A DNA stretch of 63,170 bases, filler included, from Folioceros fuciformis (Eukaryota), in the NCBI GenBank assembly GCA_049999805.1. It is 11 parts of 11 records of this genome, joined end to end, with 100 filler letters (N's around TTAATTAATTAA, not from the genome) between each part and the next. Parts side by side here need not be neighbours in the genome. Positions count along the whole stretch, not along the records: positions 57,759 to 63,170 come from JBNGIO010002271.1; 10 more parts are not named here. The stretch is one strand, 5' to 3'. The first letter of the stretch is position 1. Each line of letters opens with the position of its first letter. Made by a program: the position numbers and the translations under genes. The notes beneath the pieces were generated by a model that worked only from the letters and a program-made list of their open reading frames with translations, searched no databases and was not told the origin of the DNA. Of this stretch, positions 60,385-63,170 are shown in pieces.

Positions 60385-63050
60385 CTATCGCCCTTTCTCA
60401 CGCCGCTGGCGGCTTCCTCCTGGCCTTCGCGTGTCACCCCTTGCTGCCCCTCCTCTCGCTCTTCTGCCCCTCTGTTGGTCCGGCAGATCCTCCCAGAGGA
60501 TCTCCACATCACTGCTGCTGCTGCTGGACCTGGTTGGCGGTGCAGGTGGGTCCCGCCACTGTGGTCCACCACTCCTCCTTCTTCTCTGGTTGCTGAGGAC
60601 AGCCACAAGCCCTCGTTCTACCTAGCGCTGGGCCTCCTCTTCCGTCAGTTCCTCCAGAACTGCCTCCGCATAGCAGTGGGGCAGTCCTGTCACCCACCAT
60701 CTGTAGTGGTAGAGTCCAAGGCGCGTCCTTAGCTGTAGGACGTAGCCCTGCGTCCCTCCTGTGCCCATACGTACATACAGAAACAGTTTCAGAACTCTGG
60801 CCCCTTCTACATACAGGCCTAGCACATAGGAGGCCTCCTCCTCATACTGCAGCACAATCCGACCTTCTGTCATAACAGAGGTGCTTACCCCGTCCTCCCT
60901 TGGGCTACCGCGGGTTGCCTACTCCCCCTCCTGCTGGGGTACCTGAAGGTTCTCTGTCTGCCTAGCTGTTGCCTCCTCCGGCTCTATCCTCCTGGTATGG
61001 GTCACCCTCCTGGAGCGCCTATGGGCAGGCGCCCCTACTGCTTCCTCCTTCGTTTCTAGGGTTGGTTCTTCAGCTATCCTAGGCCTTGCTGGGCCACCGG
61101 TAGCCCCGTCGGCTACCCGACTACCAGTAGTCCCATGGACTACAAGACTACCGGTAGTCCCTTCGACTACCGTTCCTCTAGTTCGGCTACCGGTAGGCCC
61201 TTCTGCTACCGGGATCGCCGACTGACTCGGACGCCCAGCCTTGCTCTTCCCCTTCACTCTCTCTCTGGCCTCATCCCGCTCCCGCTTGTATCTGTCAGCC
61301 AACTTCTGAGTCTGCTCCACAGCGGATATCTCCATAACCTGTGCCTTGGCCATTTCCTGTTGCATCTCCAGGTTAGTCTCGTGAGCCTCCCTCACCTGAG
61401 CTAGCAGGGTCCCTTGTTGCTCTTTCAGCGCCTGCACTTCAACCCTCGCCTCGCGTGCCTCTTCCTCGACTTGAGCCTTCTCCCTGTCTAGGACCCGCTG
61501 CTTCTCCTCCAGTAGTTGCCGCGCCGTTTCCGACTCCGCCAGTTCCCTCCTTGCTTCAGCCTCTCGCTCACGAGCCTTCTCCTCCTTTCCCCAAGCCTCG
61601 GCCTCTCGCTCCGCTTGTACACTTAACCAGGTCAGGGCCCTAGCAGCCTGATCCAGGAGGTCTACTTGGGCCTGCACCATCATAGCAGTCAGCTCGGGTA
61701 GGTCCACCTCCTGCACCCCTCCGGTGCCCATTCCTCTCGCCGTGATTTGTCTGCCCAGGAATTCTCGCAACTTGTCCAGGTCCCCCACCTGCAACCTGTC
61801 TCTCTGAGGCCTACACCTGAAAATGTCCTTCCACCTTGAGGAACCCCCCTGTGCTGAAACGTGCCCTAACTTATCCTCCGGTCTGGAGGAAACTGTGTCG
61901 GCTGCCATCACCTGATCCGGTGGCTTCTCGGGTCTTGTCCCACCCTAACCTTGCTCCTCCAACCTTCGGTCCTTGATTCCCTGGATAGCTGGTTCTCGTT
62001 CTGCCTCCTGCTGACCCGTCTGCTCCAGGGCTGTCCCCCCTTCCTCCTGATCAGCCCCCATGCTCACACTTTGTCCTCTGGTCCTCTTCCTCTTGGCAGG
62101 AGTCTTCTTTTGTGGCGCCATCCTCTTCCTGGGCTTGACTGGGGTTTCCTCCTGCGAGCTATTCCCACTGTCAGCTTCCCAACTGCTGGAGGCAGCCCTT
62201 GCTGGCTCAACGGGCTTCCACTTCACATCGCGAATTGGCTTCCACAGGTGCAGCGAGGCCAGCCTTTCTAGCTTAGTGACCAGGTTAGTGTAACTGTACA
62301 CATGGATTAGAAACGGGAAAATCATAGAAGTTCATGGGTGGGTCGGATCAGGTTCTACCTCTCCTCCCCCAGTCGATCCTAGTGCCCTTCACTACTTCAT
62401 GCACAAACAGGAGCATCTGATCGGACAGATAATCTGTTTGCGTACCTGGAAGAAGCTCAGGAACCACCTGGCCAATCCCAACAGCTGGGGACTTGCCATG
62501 TCGCACACCAGCCACCCGTTCGCTTCCTTTCTCGTGCCTGCCTTGAGCAGCGTTTCCGCGGCTCCCGTTCCGCCACGCCTCTTCAGGGACTCCAGCACCT
62601 GTCCCCCTTCCTCCTGTTGGTCGTGCCCGTAGACCCTCCTGATCAACTCAAGGTTCCATTCCTGGGGTCTGCCTTTGATCCCCTCCTCGCATACAGGCTC
62701 TATCAGCCTCAGGGCGCACTCCCTGACCAGCTGGGGTGCTGCATGGTTCCACTCCTGTGTCATAAAGTTCAACCCAGCTCTGCCGCCAACTTTCCTGCCC
62801 TGACCCTCCAGTGCTCCTTATTGGGCCATAGGAGTAGGTCAATTCGGGGGATAGGAGGTCCCCCCTCCTGTCTAGAGGCTGCTGCTCCAGGGATCAGTTC
62901 AGGCCACAACCTCATCTTGCCTGTCCTCCTCCCCTCACGCTCAAGCTCGGAACTCTTCTGTCCTGGTCCCGCTCTGGCTCTTCCTCTGTTCACCCAGCTC
63001 CCTCCACCGCTCGCACCTTGGAGGTCTCCCACTCCCCTGTGCCTGCTCAA
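60385..63050 (-). pseudogene. Family X accessory ORF, most complete copy (a few stops and frameshifts)
   Basis: Chained frames 62769-63050, 62392-62772, 61945-62325, 60919-61911 and 60622-60873 give an N-terminal globular region, basic patch, coiled coil and C-terminal domain. Confidence 0.75.
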
Positions 63051-63170
63051 TCCTCAGGCCCTGCACCGTCTGCCCCGTCGTCTTGGCGCTTTCTCCTCCT
63101 TCAGCCGCTTCACGCTTCAAGTTACTCCCGCTCCCCGCGCTTTCGGATGCTGGACAAAGCTCCCCTTTCT

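Overview
This is not one continuous locus. It is 11 eukaryotic contigs joined by ten artificial 100-bp spacers (44 N + TTAATTAATTAA + 44 N), so adjacency across a spacer means nothing. Short GT-AG introns, plant-type gene families and Copia/Gypsy elements with Met-tRNA primer sites indicate a land-plant nuclear genome; a bryophyte-grade plant is an inference only. Host genes: a DxD glycosyltransferase-like gene head-to-head with an R3H-domain (R3HDM4-like) gene, a WAT1/UMAMIT EamA transporter, tRNA-Ser(CGA), a strictosidine-synthase-like pseudogene, a nodulin-like MFS gene and an ABC1K kinase. Most of the rest is nested, decayed LTR retrotransposon DNA. Most interesting observations: (1) a 4.3-kb TG...CA insert with no gag/pol that looks like a solo LTR yet carries its own TATA box and a large accessory ORF, with two more copies of that ORF elsewhere in the window; (2) a chromovirus whose LTR termini are AG...CT rather than TG...CA; (3) a Copia element in an SSL intron whose 5' half is inverted, with duplications at both breakpoints; (4) a Copia pol abutting an antisense ORF stop-to-stop. 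Family labels X, Y, Z and W are my own working names.
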